Positions 8,699 to 17,389 of a stretch of 55,423 nucleotides of DNA are shown here, in pieces. The notes under the pieces are model-generated. The model had not been told where the DNA came from, made no database searches, and saw only the letters and a list, made by a program, of their open reading frames with translations. Source of the stretch: a virus (taxonomy: Duplodnaviria > Caudoviricetes); the IMG/VR virus record IMGVR_UViG_3300042892_000300, positions 1 through 55,423 of that record. One strand, 5' to 3'. A program made the translations under genes and the position numbers. Positions within the stretch are counted from its first letter, which is position 1. The number at the start of each line of letters is the position of its first letter.

Positions 8699-9132
8699 TA
8701 TCAATGACTTACGGCGAAAACAGGGCAGTTTTATCTAGTTTATCTGTGGATTTGTGCATACACTAACATTACATTTGAAGTGTATAGTTCGGTGGGATGT
8801 CGAGGGAAACCAAGGGCTTAGCTTGTATGGTAAGGTTTAGTTTTATCTACTTTATCTGTTTTATACCCATTTTTAGAGAATGATTTCATGGCTTCGTGTG
8901 GCCCTTTTTCAAATTAAAAATTGCCTGTAAGCTTATAATTTCCTCACCACATCACCCCCGCGCGCGCTATAACTTCCAAAACCACAGATAAAATGTATAA
9001 AATGAACCATATCAGTGGCTTACCGACAGATAAAATAGATAAAATATCTAGTTTATCTAGTGTCAAGTTAGATAAAACTATAACCCCTTACAGTGGCATA
9101 CAGCAAAAAAACCCAGCAAAATCAACGGCTTG
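8699..9132. repeat. AT-rich non-coding control region with TTTATCT/AGATAAA repeats and IHF-consensus sites (candidate origin or packaging site)
   Basis: About 9 TTTATCT/AGATAAA copies in both orientations; WATCARN4TTR at 8699, 9010, 9120 and a 1-mismatch copy at 8808. Confidence 0.65.
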
Positions 9133-9142
9133 ACCCCCAAAC

Positions 9143-9171
9143 TTGACAAGCCCGACCCGGCGTGGCAGGAT
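9143..9171 (+). promoter_or_regulatory. Early sigma70-type promoter
   Basis: TTGACA-N17-CAGGAT with TG extended -10, upstream of 9216. Confidence 0.5.
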
Positions 9172-9215
9172 TTGGCTCTCGACCAACCCCAACATGTAAA
9201 ACGGAGTGAAGTGCA

Positions 9216-9497
9216 ATGTCACGGACCAAAACATATACCTCTTTCGCTGATCTCAACGACCAATATACACCGACCTATCATAACTTGACAGTACGTCCTC
9301 GTCGTCGGACTTACTTGATATCATCCGACGCTGTGTATGATTACAGCGTTGGCCACGAACTCGTTGTAGCTGACAGCGACAGCCCGTTCGATGGTTGTAT
9401 AGTTTCAGTACTGGACAAGTCGACCCTCAAGCGGCACGGCTATACCGGTCTGACCCTGAGCTACAACCTCGACCGTAAAGTGGAGATCAAGCTGTGA
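9216..9497 (+). CDS. Hypothetical protein
   Basis: 93 aa, GGAG RBS, GTGA overlap with next gene. Confidence 0.65.
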   Translation: MSRTKTYTSFADLNDQYTPTYHNLTVRPRRRTYLISSDAVYDYSVGHELVVADSDSPFDGCIVSVLDKSTLKRHGYTGLTLSYNLDRKVEIKL

Positions 9498-9757
9498 ACC
9501 GTACAATCGAACTGGCTATCGACCCCGACACCATGGTCTCTATCGCTGAGATCACTGGCAATCAGGAACTGTTCAACGCCATTGGCTATCTGAGCCAGTG
9601 GAACCTGCCGCTTGCCAAGGTTCGCCTCTTGGGTGGTGTCTATGACGGCAACCCCGAACTGACTGCTACCTACTGGCGGCACAGCACAGAGGGCGAACCC
9701 ATTGCCTATCAACTCGGTGCTATCTGGCACGGTGATCACTTCGGCTTCCACTCGTAG
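9494..9757 (+). CDS. Hypothetical protein
   Basis: 87 aa, GGAG RBS, ends ...GAIWHGDHFGFHS. Confidence 0.7.
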   Translation: MNRTIELAIDPDTMVSIAEITGNQELFNAIGYLSQWNLPLAKVRLLGGVYDGNPELTATYWRHSTEGEPIAYQLGAIWHGDHFGFHS

Positions 9758-9819
9758 TCGAAACCGGCCCAACAGCCGGTCTGTGGGTACTGACCATCCC
9801 ACACTGATGAGACAGGTCA
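9757..9819 (+). ncRNA. Hammerhead ribozyme, type II, with loop I pseudoknot
   Basis: GUC-GAAA-CCGGC(ccaaca)GCCGG-UC^-UGUGGG(uacugaccau)CCCACA-CUGAUGA-GAC-a-GGUCA: full catalytic core, three stems, UGACC/GGUCA pseudoknot; predicted cleavage after C9781. Confidence 0.92.
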
Positions 9820-9844
9820 ACTTAGCAACAGAGGAGGAAGCGTA

Positions 9845-10027
9845 ATGCGACTGTTCACCCTACGGCGTGGCCGTAAGGGACCACTTGTCGAAGATCAGTT
9901 CGGTGACCCCATCTACTTCGATAACAAGATGGACGCCAAAATCCTAAGGGATCGCTTCGGTGGCGACACCGTAGTGGCCCTTGGCCCTGACCACAAAAAC
10001 ACAAGGAGAGATACCAATGCGTGCTGA
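9845..10027 (+). CDS. Hypothetical protein
   Basis: 60 aa, strong AGAGGAGG RBS. Confidence 0.65.
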   Translation: MRLFTLRRGRKGPLVEDQFGDPIYFDNKMDAKILRDRFGGDTVVALGPDHKNTRRDTNAC

Positions 10028-11012
10028 ACTTCTCAAGGGAACGCTCAAGGCCCTCTATACCATCAACCGTACTGTCATCATTACTGGCCCTCCGGGCGGT
10101 GGTAAGACTACCATCGTCAAGGAAGTAGCTAAGGAACTCGATGTTCCTGTAGTCCTGCGTAACCCTGCACTCACTCCGGTCGAAGACTTCGGTGCCCCTG
10201 ATATGCTGGCTCCGGGTAAAGCGTTCGGCTACAAGATGCCTGATTGGTTCCCCTACAAGGGTAAGCCAGATACTGAGCGTGGTGGCATCCTGCTGTTCGA
10301 TGACCGTACTCAAGCCAGCCCTGATCACCAGAAGGCTATTGCCCATATCTGTCAGGCTCGTGATCTACATGGTGTACCTATGGCTGATGGCTGGCAGGTT
10401 GTCTCCACTGGTAACCGACAGTCTGACAGGGCCGGTGCTGGCCGCACTCTGAGCCACCTTGCCAACCGTGAGACCAACTTGGAGCTTGAGACTGACCTGA
10501 ATGACTCGACTAAGTGGATGCTTGACCATGGTGTCCGGCCAGAGGTTGTCAGTTTCCTACGGTTCCGTCCCGGTCTGTTGCATGACTTCGACCCACAGCG
10601 TGATGCCAATCCGTCACCGAGAGCATGGGTCGAAGGTGTGTCTGACATCCTCGGTGTGGTGCCACCAGAGGCAGAGTATGAGTGCTTCAAGGGTGCTGTC
10701 AGTGAAGGCCCAGCGGCAGAGTTCGTCGGGTTCATGCGGATTTACCGTAAGCTGCCCAACCCCGATGCTGTCCTGATGAACCCCGCTACGGCAGATGTAC
10801 CGACTGACCCGGCTACACTCTATGCCCTGTCTGGTGCCCTGTCCCACCGTGCTACTGACGGCAACTTCGAACGTGTCTGCATCTATGCTGAGCGTATGCC
10901 TCCAGAGTTCTCAGTGCTTACCATCTCGTCGGCAGTACGCAAAGACGCTGCACTGTGTGGCACTGCGGCGTTCACCAAGTGGTCGATCCAGCATCAAGAC
11001 ATCTTGTTCTAA
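10017..11012 (+). CDS. MoxR-like AAA+ ATPase
   Basis: Walker A GPPGGGKT, Walker B ILLFDD, STGNR sensor, LANR arginine finger, SPRAW; AAGGAG RBS favours ATG 10017. Confidence 0.85.
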   Translation: MRAELLKGTLKALYTINRTVIITGPPGGGKTTIVKEVAKELDVPVVLRNPALTPVEDFGAPDMLAPGKAFGYKMPDWFPYKGKPDTERGGILLFDDRTQASPDHQKAIAHICQARDLHGVPMADGWQVVSTGNRQSDRAGAGRTLSHLANRETNLELETDLNDSTKWMLDHGVRPEVVSFLRFRPGLLHDFDPQRDANPSPRAWVEGVSDILGVVPPEAEYECFKGAVSEGPAAEFVGFMRIYRKLPNPDAVLMNPATADVPTDPATLYALSGALSHRATDGNFERVCIYAERMPPEFSVLTISSAVRKDAALCGTAAFTKWSIQHQDILF

Positions 11013-11038
11013 ACCCATCAACCAAGCGGAGTACTACT

Positions 11039-11896
11039 ATGACTATGAAGCTCAACGACCGAGCATTGCTCGTATCCCTGTCTGTCTCTCAGTGGACAGC
11101 CCGTAAGCTCGACAAGAAGGCCACCAAAGATGTGGCCGATGCCAACAGGGCCAGCACCAGTGCAGGACGCTACAACAAGTCTCTGTTGCCTCTCAACGAT
11201 CTGTTGGCCCATGTCCACCAGAAGACCGGCATCATCAGGGACAAGTTCAGCAAGAACACCCTGCCATGGGGTGTCGACGGCACCCGTATCCTGCCCAGTG
11301 CAAACTACCTCCAGTTCATGACGGACTTCCGCAAGGAGAAGGGGGAGTGGCAATCACTGGTGAACACGTTCGTCAGTAACTACGACACACTGGTATCTGA
11401 GGCACAGCGTTGGCTTGGTGATCTCTACAACGAGGATGACTACCCATCCAAAGACCAGATCACCCAGAAGTTCAGTGTCGATATGGCGATCATGCCGGTA
11501 CCGACCGATGACTTCCGAGTGGCCCTGTCCAGTGAGGAACTGACACGTCTACAGGAGGAGCTTGGCCAGCGTATGGCGACGGTACAGCAGGAAGCTATGA
11601 CCGACTGTTGGAACCGACTGCACAAACATGTCCAGCATGTGGCAGAGAAGCTCGCTGACCCCAAGGCTATCTTCAGGGACAGCATGTTGGAAAATGCACA
11701 GGAGACCTGTGACCTGCTGACACGTCTCAATGTGACTGATGACCCCAACCTCGAAGCGATGCGGCAACAGGTGGAGGCCAAGCTGATCAGTCACCACCCT
11801 GATGCACTGCGCAACGACCCTGATCTGCGGCGCGACACTGCCGAGGAAGCGCGCAATATCATGGACGCTATGTCCATATTCATGGGAGCAAACTGA
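11039..11896 (+). CDS. Conserved helical phage protein (DUF3150-like) of the AAA/vWA triad
   Basis: WTARKLDK, LPW...G.RILP, IFRDS motifs; between ATPase and vWA genes. Confidence 0.6.
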   Translation: MTMKLNDRALLVSLSVSQWTARKLDKKATKDVADANRASTSAGRYNKSLLPLNDLLAHVHQKTGIIRDKFSKNTLPWGVDGTRILPSANYLQFMTDFRKEKGEWQSLVNTFVSNYDTLVSEAQRWLGDLYNEDDYPSKDQITQKFSVDMAIMPVPTDDFRVALSSEELTRLQEELGQRMATVQQEAMTDCWNRLHKHVQHVAEKLADPKAIFRDSMLENAQETCDLLTRLNVTDDPNLEAMRQQVEAKLISHHPDALRNDPDLRRDTAEEARNIMDAMSIFMGAN

Positions 11897-13047
11897 TGCA
11901 AGTTATGCCACAAAAGCCAGCGTCCACTGGCGATATCACTGCCCTTACCCGCCGCTTGGCCAAGGCCAAGACGAGTCTGATACTGGAGCATCCCTTTGTG
12001 GGTGCCGTAGCTATCAACATGCCGTTCATTCTGACCGACGATATCCCGGCTGCTGCTACCAATGGTAAGCGGGTACTGTTCAACCCCTCATACATCAGTG
12101 ACCTGACTGATGAGGAACTCAAGTTCCTCGTTGCACATGAGGTGTTTCACCCCATGATGAGCCACAATTTCCGGCGAGGCGGACGTGACCAACGTAAGTG
12201 GAACCGTGCTGCTGACTATGTCATCAACGAACTGCTGACACTGGAGGGTATCGGTAAGATGCCCAGCGGTGGCCTTCGGGACAGTCACATCTACAACGCA
12301 GGTAGTGGCACCAGTGACGGCATCTACAACATCCTCGAAGACGACCCCGGTGGTGGCGGTGGCAACAGTGGTGACGGTGATGCTTTCGATGAGTGCGAGG
12401 ATGCTGAAGGTGGCCCAGCAGAGCAGGCTCAAGCTGAGGCAGAGATGAAAATACAAGTAGCTCAGGCTGCACAAGCTGCCAAGATGATGGGCAAGATGTC
12501 GGCTAACATGCAGAGACTTGTTGACGAGGTGCTTCAGCCCAAGGTGGACTGGCGCGCTGTGCTGCAACGGTTCATTGAGAAGGCTCGTACTGACCAGCGT
12601 ACCTATGCTCGACCCAACCGTATTTTCGCGGCGCAGGGTTTATATCTGCCCAGTAAAACGGGTGAGGTGATGGGTGAACTACTGTTCGCAGTCGATTGCT
12701 CAGGCTCTATTGACCAACCTACACTCAACCAGTTTGCTGCCGAGATCAGGACCGTCAAGGATGACTGTCTACCGACACGTATACATGTAGTATACTTCGA
12801 CAGCGAGGTGTCACATCATGAGACCTATACCCCCGACGATGCGCTTGACATCAAGCCTCACGGTGGCGGTGGCACAGCGTTCAGCCCAGTGTTTCGGTAC
12901 GCTGAACAGCACGGCATTGACCCAGTAGCGTGTGTGTTTCTGACTGACTTATACTGTTCCGACTTCGGTGCCGCACCAGATTATCCGGTGTTGTGGGTAT
13001 CTAACGGGCGGGACAACGCCCCCTTCGGTGAAGTGGTAATGATGTGA
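11896..13047 (+). CDS. Metallopeptidase + vWA domain protein (DUF2201-like)
   Basis: AATNG, HEVFH zinc motif, WN.A.D..IN; MIDAS DCSGS, GGGGT, FLTD. Confidence 0.88.
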   Translation: MQVMPQKPASTGDITALTRRLAKAKTSLILEHPFVGAVAINMPFILTDDIPAAATNGKRVLFNPSYISDLTDEELKFLVAHEVFHPMMSHNFRRGGRDQRKWNRAADYVINELLTLEGIGKMPSGGLRDSHIYNAGSGTSDGIYNILEDDPGGGGGNSGDGDAFDECEDAEGGPAEQAQAEAEMKIQVAQAAQAAKMMGKMSANMQRLVDEVLQPKVDWRAVLQRFIEKARTDQRTYARPNRIFAAQGLYLPSKTGEVMGELLFAVDCSGSIDQPTLNQFAAEIRTVKDDCLPTRIHVVYFDSEVSHHETYTPDDALDIKPHGGGGTAFSPVFRYAEQHGIDPVACVFLTDLYCSDFGAAPDYPVLWVSNGRDNAPFGEVVMM

Positions 13048-13262
13048 GTGAAGACAAAGAGTTCGATGACCTACTAGAAGCAATCGGTGAGGCTTGCTCC
13101 GGGTACAAGTTATGTACAGTAATTGAAGCACTGGTATTAATACTTGCTGACTGTGGACGACAGACAGAGCTGTCACAGCAGGCTTTTACTGCGGACGTGT
13201 ACCAAAACATCAACGAAATCTACAATGAAATGGAGAATAACAATGGCAATAGTACGCATTAG
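13044..13262 (+). CDS. Small acidic hypothetical protein
   Basis: 72 aa, GTGA overlap. Confidence 0.55.
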   Translation: MSEDKEFDDLLEAIGEACSGYKLCTVIEALVLILADCGRQTELSQQAFTADVYQNINEIYNEMENNNGNSTH

Positions 13263-13875
13263 TCAAGAGCTTCGGAACGATATCATCCGGAACGCACGTA
13301 ACAAGTTTGATCCGGCTATTAAAGCCGCACAGGACAGCAAGCCAGAGGATAAGTACGGAGACTATATCTACGATAAAATCTGGGGGCCGTACCGCAAGCA
13401 GATGGAGGCACTACCCAAGGAGTTCTTTCAGTATAAAAACTCGATCCAAATCCGGAGTGTTGGTGAGGTTACGATGCCATTCATCACATCGTTTACGGAG
13501 TACCGCCCTATACCCCCCATTCCTGCGAACACACCCGTAAAGCATGACTACCCCGGTCAACCCTACTCACTGCTGGGCGACCCTGTATGGGATGTCATCA
13601 TGTTAGATGCCCGTGAGTGGAAGCATCGGTGCGATACAGTCGCTAATCAATGCAGAGACTTCATAGCTGGTGTTACTGCGGTACTGGATACCTTTACGAC
13701 ACTGGCTCCGGCACTCAAGGAGTGGCCACCGCTATGGGAACTGTTGCCAGAACATATCAAGGACCGGCATAAAGAAATCAAGGAACGAGTCAAGGCAGAC
13801 AGACCCGGCATTGATAAGGACAAACTTGGTGCCATGACAGGCGCACTTACTGCAATCAAACTTGGAGCAATGTAA
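13243..13875 (+). CDS. Hypothetical protein (possibly Nmad5-like)
   Basis: GGAG RBS before ATG 13243; C-terminal TTL..ALKEWP.LWELLP. Confidence 0.6.
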   Translation: MAIVRISQELRNDIIRNARNKFDPAIKAAQDSKPEDKYGDYIYDKIWGPYRKQMEALPKEFFQYKNSIQIRSVGEVTMPFITSFTEYRPIPPIPANTPVKHDYPGQPYSLLGDPVWDVIMLDAREWKHRCDTVANQCRDFIAGVTAVLDTFTTLAPALKEWPPLWELLPEHIKDRHKEIKERVKADRPGIDKDKLGAMTGALTAIKLGAM

Positions 13876-13876
13876 C

Positions 13877-14338
13877 ATGAGGAAGAGAGAAAAGATTATC
13901 CGGCTGCTTAGCGCGGACCCACAGATTTCATACAAAGAAGTAGCCAAGCAGGCAGGGTGCCATCTTAGCTACGTCTATGGAGTGGAGAAATCATGGCTCG
14001 AAGATGGCCCCGTAGAGGGGCATCAGCCTGACATGTTTGAGAGTGTTGGGCCGATTGATCGGGAGACACTCAACCTACTGACCGGTGGTAGCACCGACTA
14101 CTACAAGGCGCGCGTCGACCATCCCACGTCTGGCGGCGAGCGGTACATAGCAGAGTGCAACGACATCATCGAGGCGCTGCGCATGGAGAGCGACGTAGCC
14201 AATGTCTTCAAGGCAGCATGGCGTGTGGCTGCACTGCGGCAGGGTCGAGGCAAGCCGGGACAGGACAGCACCATCTATGATGGCGAGAAGATTGTGTTCT
14301 TCGGACAGCGCATCATTGCACGGGAGCAAGGCAAGTGA
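13877..14338 (+). CDS. N-terminal HTH fused to DUF3310-like domain
   Basis: SYKEVAKQAGCHLSYVY HTH; GGSTDYY...ECNDIIEAL...NVFKA.WR...D.EK. Confidence 0.55.
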   Translation: MRKREKIIRLLSADPQISYKEVAKQAGCHLSYVYGVEKSWLEDGPVEGHQPDMFESVGPIDRETLNLLTGGSTDYYKARVDHPTSGGERYIAECNDIIEALRMESDVANVFKAAWRVAALRQGRGKPGQDSTIYDGEKIVFFGQRIIAREQGK

Positions 14339-14511
14339 GGGTAACGTATCAGGTCCGCACTGCGGCAACCAACCGACTCATGTTTGTATCGGATGATCTC
14401 GGCATCGCTGAACGGCAAAGACAGTACAAACAGGAGCGGGTAGGGGTAGACTTCAAGCTGTTTCGCGTGGTCGAAACCGAGGAAGAAGTGCTTTACAATA
14501 ACGTAAGGTAA
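14335..14511 (+). CDS. Small hypothetical protein (58 aa)
   Basis: Read by hand: GTGA overlap, MRVTYQVRTAATNRLMF...EEVLYNNVR*. Confidence 0.55.
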   Translation: MRVTYQVRTAATNRLMFVSDDLGIAERQRQYKQERVGVDFKLFRVVETEEEVLYNNVR

Positions 14512-14548
14512 GGCTACAAACTACACCGAACAACAGGGGCACGGATGT

Positions 14549-16432
14549 ATGGACATCTATACGATTGATTTCGAAACGTACTATGGCCGGGAGTTCACGC
14601 TCTCCAAGCTCACAACTGAGTCATACATCCGTGACCCCCGCTTTGAGACCATTATGATGGGGGTCAAGAAGAACAACGGTCCGACCAAGTGGATACCCCG
14701 TCCGCTTGTTAAGGCGTTCCTCAAGGCCATCGACTTCAGGAAAGCAGCGATCCTCTGCCACAACACAGCGTTCGATGGGGCTATCCTATCGTGGCACTAT
14801 GGTGTGAGGCCCAAGCTGTGGCTGGATACCTTATCTATGGCGCGTCCGCTGCACAGTATGTCTGTAGGTGGTAGCCTCAAGGCACTGGCTCAGTACTACA
14901 AGCTGGGTGTCAAGGGTGACGAGGTCATCAACGCACTGGACAAACGCTATGAGGACTTCTCGAAGGAGGAACTGCATCGTTACGGGGAGTACTGTGTCAA
15001 CGATGTAGAGATCACATACAAACTCTGGCTCAAGCTAAAGAAGGTGTCCCCCTCAGGCGAGTTGCTAGTCATCGATCAGACATTACGTATGTTCACTGAA
15101 CCCAAGATCACACTCGACCGTAGTCTGTTGCTGCAACATCTCGGTGAGGTGCAGTCATCAAAGGCAAAGTTGTTAGAGCTTGTAGCCGAGTCCATGGGGA
15201 TGGGCGAGTCGTTCGACCCCGAAGCCCTCAAGCCTGTGTTGATGAGCAACAACAACTTTGCTGGTCTGTTAGAGACACTGGGTGTGGACCCACCTACTAA
15301 GGTCAGCGCCAAGACTGGCAAGGTAGCCTTCGCTTTTAGTAAGACAGACGCCGGGTTCACAGACTTGTTGGAGCATCCTGACGAGCGTGTCCGGGCAGCG
15401 GTTGAGGCACGGCTGGGTGTGAAGTCTACGTTGGAAGAGACACGGACCATGGCGTTCATTGGGATCGGTGAACGTGGGGCACTGCCTATCATGCTGAACT
15501 ACTACGGGGCACACACAGGCAGGTTCTCAGGGGGCGATAAGGTCAACCTTCAGAACTTACCAAGCCGGGGCAACACCACCATCAGGCGCGCACTCATGGC
15601 ACCTAAGGGTTCGATGCTCATTGCCTGCGACTCCTCGCAGATCGAGGCCCGCACCGTTGCGTGGCTGGCAGGGCAGGAGGATTTGCTGCAAGCGTTTCGC
15701 GAGGGGCGAGATGTCTACTCCGAGTTCGCCACCGATGTGTACGGCAGGGTCATAACTAAGGCAGACTACACTGAGAGATTTGTGGGTAAGACCTGCATCC
15801 TTGGGCTTGGCTACGGCATGGGTGCCGAGAAGTTCCAGCGGACACTGGCACTGGCTAAGATTGTGATCGATGAGAACGAGGCACAGCGTATCGTCAGGTT
15901 GTACCGGCAGAAGTACCACAAGATCGTGGCACTATGGCAGCTATGCGGGAACGCCTTGTCCGACATGGTGCAGGGGCGTGGCGGGACGATCAACGGTAAG
16001 TTGAACTACGACAACACCGGGATCAAGCTACCGAACACCATGAAGATTACCTACCCTGCGTTGCGGGCTACCAAGAGTGGGTTCGAGTACATCAACGACG
16101 CACGTACCTACCGCAAGTATGTCAAGGACCGGGTGCTTGGGAACCCAACTGACGACCTGCCATGGACCAATGTATATGGCGGGAAGACCGTTGAGAATCT
16201 GGTGCAAGCTCTGGCTGGCATCATTGTGAGAGGACAGATGGTAGAGATGAGTCTGTCTGGGTACTTTGTTGCGTTCCAAGTTCACGATGAGAATGTGGCC
16301 GTGGTCCCTACTGAAACGGTAGAGGCTGCTGAGGCTGACATCATCCGCATAATGTCCAAGCCTCCCGTGTGGGCACCAGATTTACCGGTGGCCTGTGAGG
16401 CTGGACATGCAATCAACTACGGGGACTGTTGA
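14549..16432 (+). CDS. polA: Family A DNA polymerase with 3'-5' exonuclease
   Basis: ExoI DFET, ExoII HNTAFD, ExoIII YCVND; TGRFSG..NLQN, motif A DSSQIE.R, motif B R..GK...LG.GYG, motif C VHDE. Confidence 0.95.
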   Translation: MDIYTIDFETYYGREFTLSKLTTESYIRDPRFETIMMGVKKNNGPTKWIPRPLVKAFLKAIDFRKAAILCHNTAFDGAILSWHYGVRPKLWLDTLSMARPLHSMSVGGSLKALAQYYKLGVKGDEVINALDKRYEDFSKEELHRYGEYCVNDVEITYKLWLKLKKVSPSGELLVIDQTLRMFTEPKITLDRSLLLQHLGEVQSSKAKLLELVAESMGMGESFDPEALKPVLMSNNNFAGLLETLGVDPPTKVSAKTGKVAFAFSKTDAGFTDLLEHPDERVRAAVEARLGVKSTLEETRTMAFIGIGERGALPIMLNYYGAHTGRFSGGDKVNLQNLPSRGNTTIRRALMAPKGSMLIACDSSQIEARTVAWLAGQEDLLQAFREGRDVYSEFATDVYGRVITKADYTERFVGKTCILGLGYGMGAEKFQRTLALAKIVIDENEAQRIVRLYRQKYHKIVALWQLCGNALSDMVQGRGGTINGKLNYDNTGIKLPNTMKITYPALRATKSGFEYINDARTYRKYVKDRVLGNPTDDLPWTNVYGGKTVENLVQALAGIIVRGQMVEMSLSGYFVAFQVHDENVAVVPTETVEAAEADIIRIMSKPPVWAPDLPVACEAGHAINYGDC

Positions 16433-16433
16433 T

Positions 16434-16619
16434 ATGATAACGATACTTATTATGAACCTGCTTGATACCCTCTCCGGGGTAGACCCCCCGGTGGAGCCAA
16501 CACGTAGGGACAAACGCCGCTTTAACCTGCGGCAGTCCATCATGGTGACGGCGGCTATATTGCTAGTCCTCGCTTTGGCCTCCGCACCATGGGTGCCGGT
16601 CGTAATTCCATACAGATAA
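16434..16619 (+). CDS. Small membrane protein
   Basis: 61 aa from ATG 16434; hydrophobic IMVTAAILLVLALASAPWVPVVI. Confidence 0.5.
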   Translation: MITILIMNLLDTLSGVDPPVEPTRRDKRRFNLRQSIMVTAAILLVLALASAPWVPVVIPYR

Positions 16620-16630
16620 GGAGCAGACCG

Positions 16631-16885
16631 ATGACTTATCTGGAGAAATTGAAGGCCGCCTTCGACGCCGCATACGACGACCGAAACGCCGCCCTTGACG
16701 TTGCCTACGCCGTTTTCGACGCCGCCCGAGACGCTTTCGACGCCGCCGTAGACGCCGCCAATGCTGACCGGGACGCCGCCATTGCCGCCTATAACGCCGC
16801 CCTCAACGCCTTCGACGCCGCCCGCGCCGCCTCCGTTACCTACCTCTCCATTCTCGCAGCGCAAGAACAGGAGACCGACCAATGA
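16631..16885 (+). CDS. Ala/Asp-rich low-complexity helical protein A
   Basis: AAGGAG RBS before ATG 16631; GACGCCGCC repeats. Confidence 0.7.
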   Translation: MTYLEKLKAAFDAAYDDRNAALDVAYAVFDAARDAFDAAVDAANADRDAAIAAYNAALNAFDAARAASVTYLSILAAQEQETDQ

Positions 16886-17130
16886 CTGACCTAAGAAAAT
16901 TAAGAGCCGCCCACCACGCCGCACTCGCAGCCCACCACGCCGCCCGCGTCGCGCGCGACGCTGCTAACGACGCATACGATGCCGCAGCTATCGCCGCCGC
17001 CGACGCATACGACGATTACGCCGCCGCCCGCGACGCCGCCCGCGACGCCTACGCTGCCCGCCTTGCCGAAGTCGCCGCCCACATCGCGGCGCAGATTGAA
17101 GGAGCAGACGATGACCAGAATGACGCTTAA
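16882..17130 (+). CDS. Ala/Asp-rich low-complexity helical protein B (paralog of A)
   Basis: AGGAG RBS, ATGA overlap; MTDLRKLRAA versus MTYLEKLKAA. Confidence 0.7.
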   Translation: MTDLRKLRAAHHAALAAHHAARVARDAANDAYDAAAIAAADAYDDYAAARDAARDAYAARLAEVAAHIAAQIEGADDDQNDA

Positions 17131-17389
17131 TGAGTTTTGCCCTGAGCCGGTTATTCGCAACCCTGCACCAGATGCAGCAGCGCATGGCCCTGCACCGGGA
17201 ACGACGCGCGCCATGACCATTAGCAACACCCGCGCAGACCCCGCGCTCGCAGCCGCACAGGCTGAGGTGGCGCGGCTGACTGCGGAGGTTGAACGATTGC
17301 GCGGGCCAGTCGCGACTTACAAACGCGGATATGGTCCCGGAGACGGTGACAGCGCCGCTCTCGCAGCGCAAACTAAGGAGCAGGCATGA
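17111..17389 (+). CDS. Hypothetical protein with short coiled coil
   Basis: AAGGAG RBS before ATG 17111; AEVARLTAEVERLR. Confidence 0.55.
   Translation: MTRMTLNEFCPEPVIRNPAPDAAAHGPAPGTTRAMTISNTRADPALAAAQAEVARLTAEVERLRGPVATYKRGYGPGDGDSAALAAQTKEQA

Noticed and set aside
8563-8766. 67-aa ORF in the control region
   Set aside because: Starts in the terminator tail without an RBS and overlaps the repeat/IHF sites; probably non-coding
8699-9132. CRISPR array or attP site in the AT-rich region
   Set aside because: Repeats are only 7-9 bp and irregularly spaced; no integrase or cas operon
12100-12125. Other CTGATGA occurrences as additional hammerheads
   Set aside because: Inside coding sequence, with no matching GAAA core and stems found
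14549-16432. DpoZ/modified-base (Z-genome) system
   Set aside because: No purZ, datZ or base-modification cluster recognised in the window
16631-17130. NNC-rich repeats as DGR variable regions or a CRISPR-like array
   Set aside because: No AAC-rich template copy and no constant repeat/unique spacer structure; they read as coding low-complexity sequence
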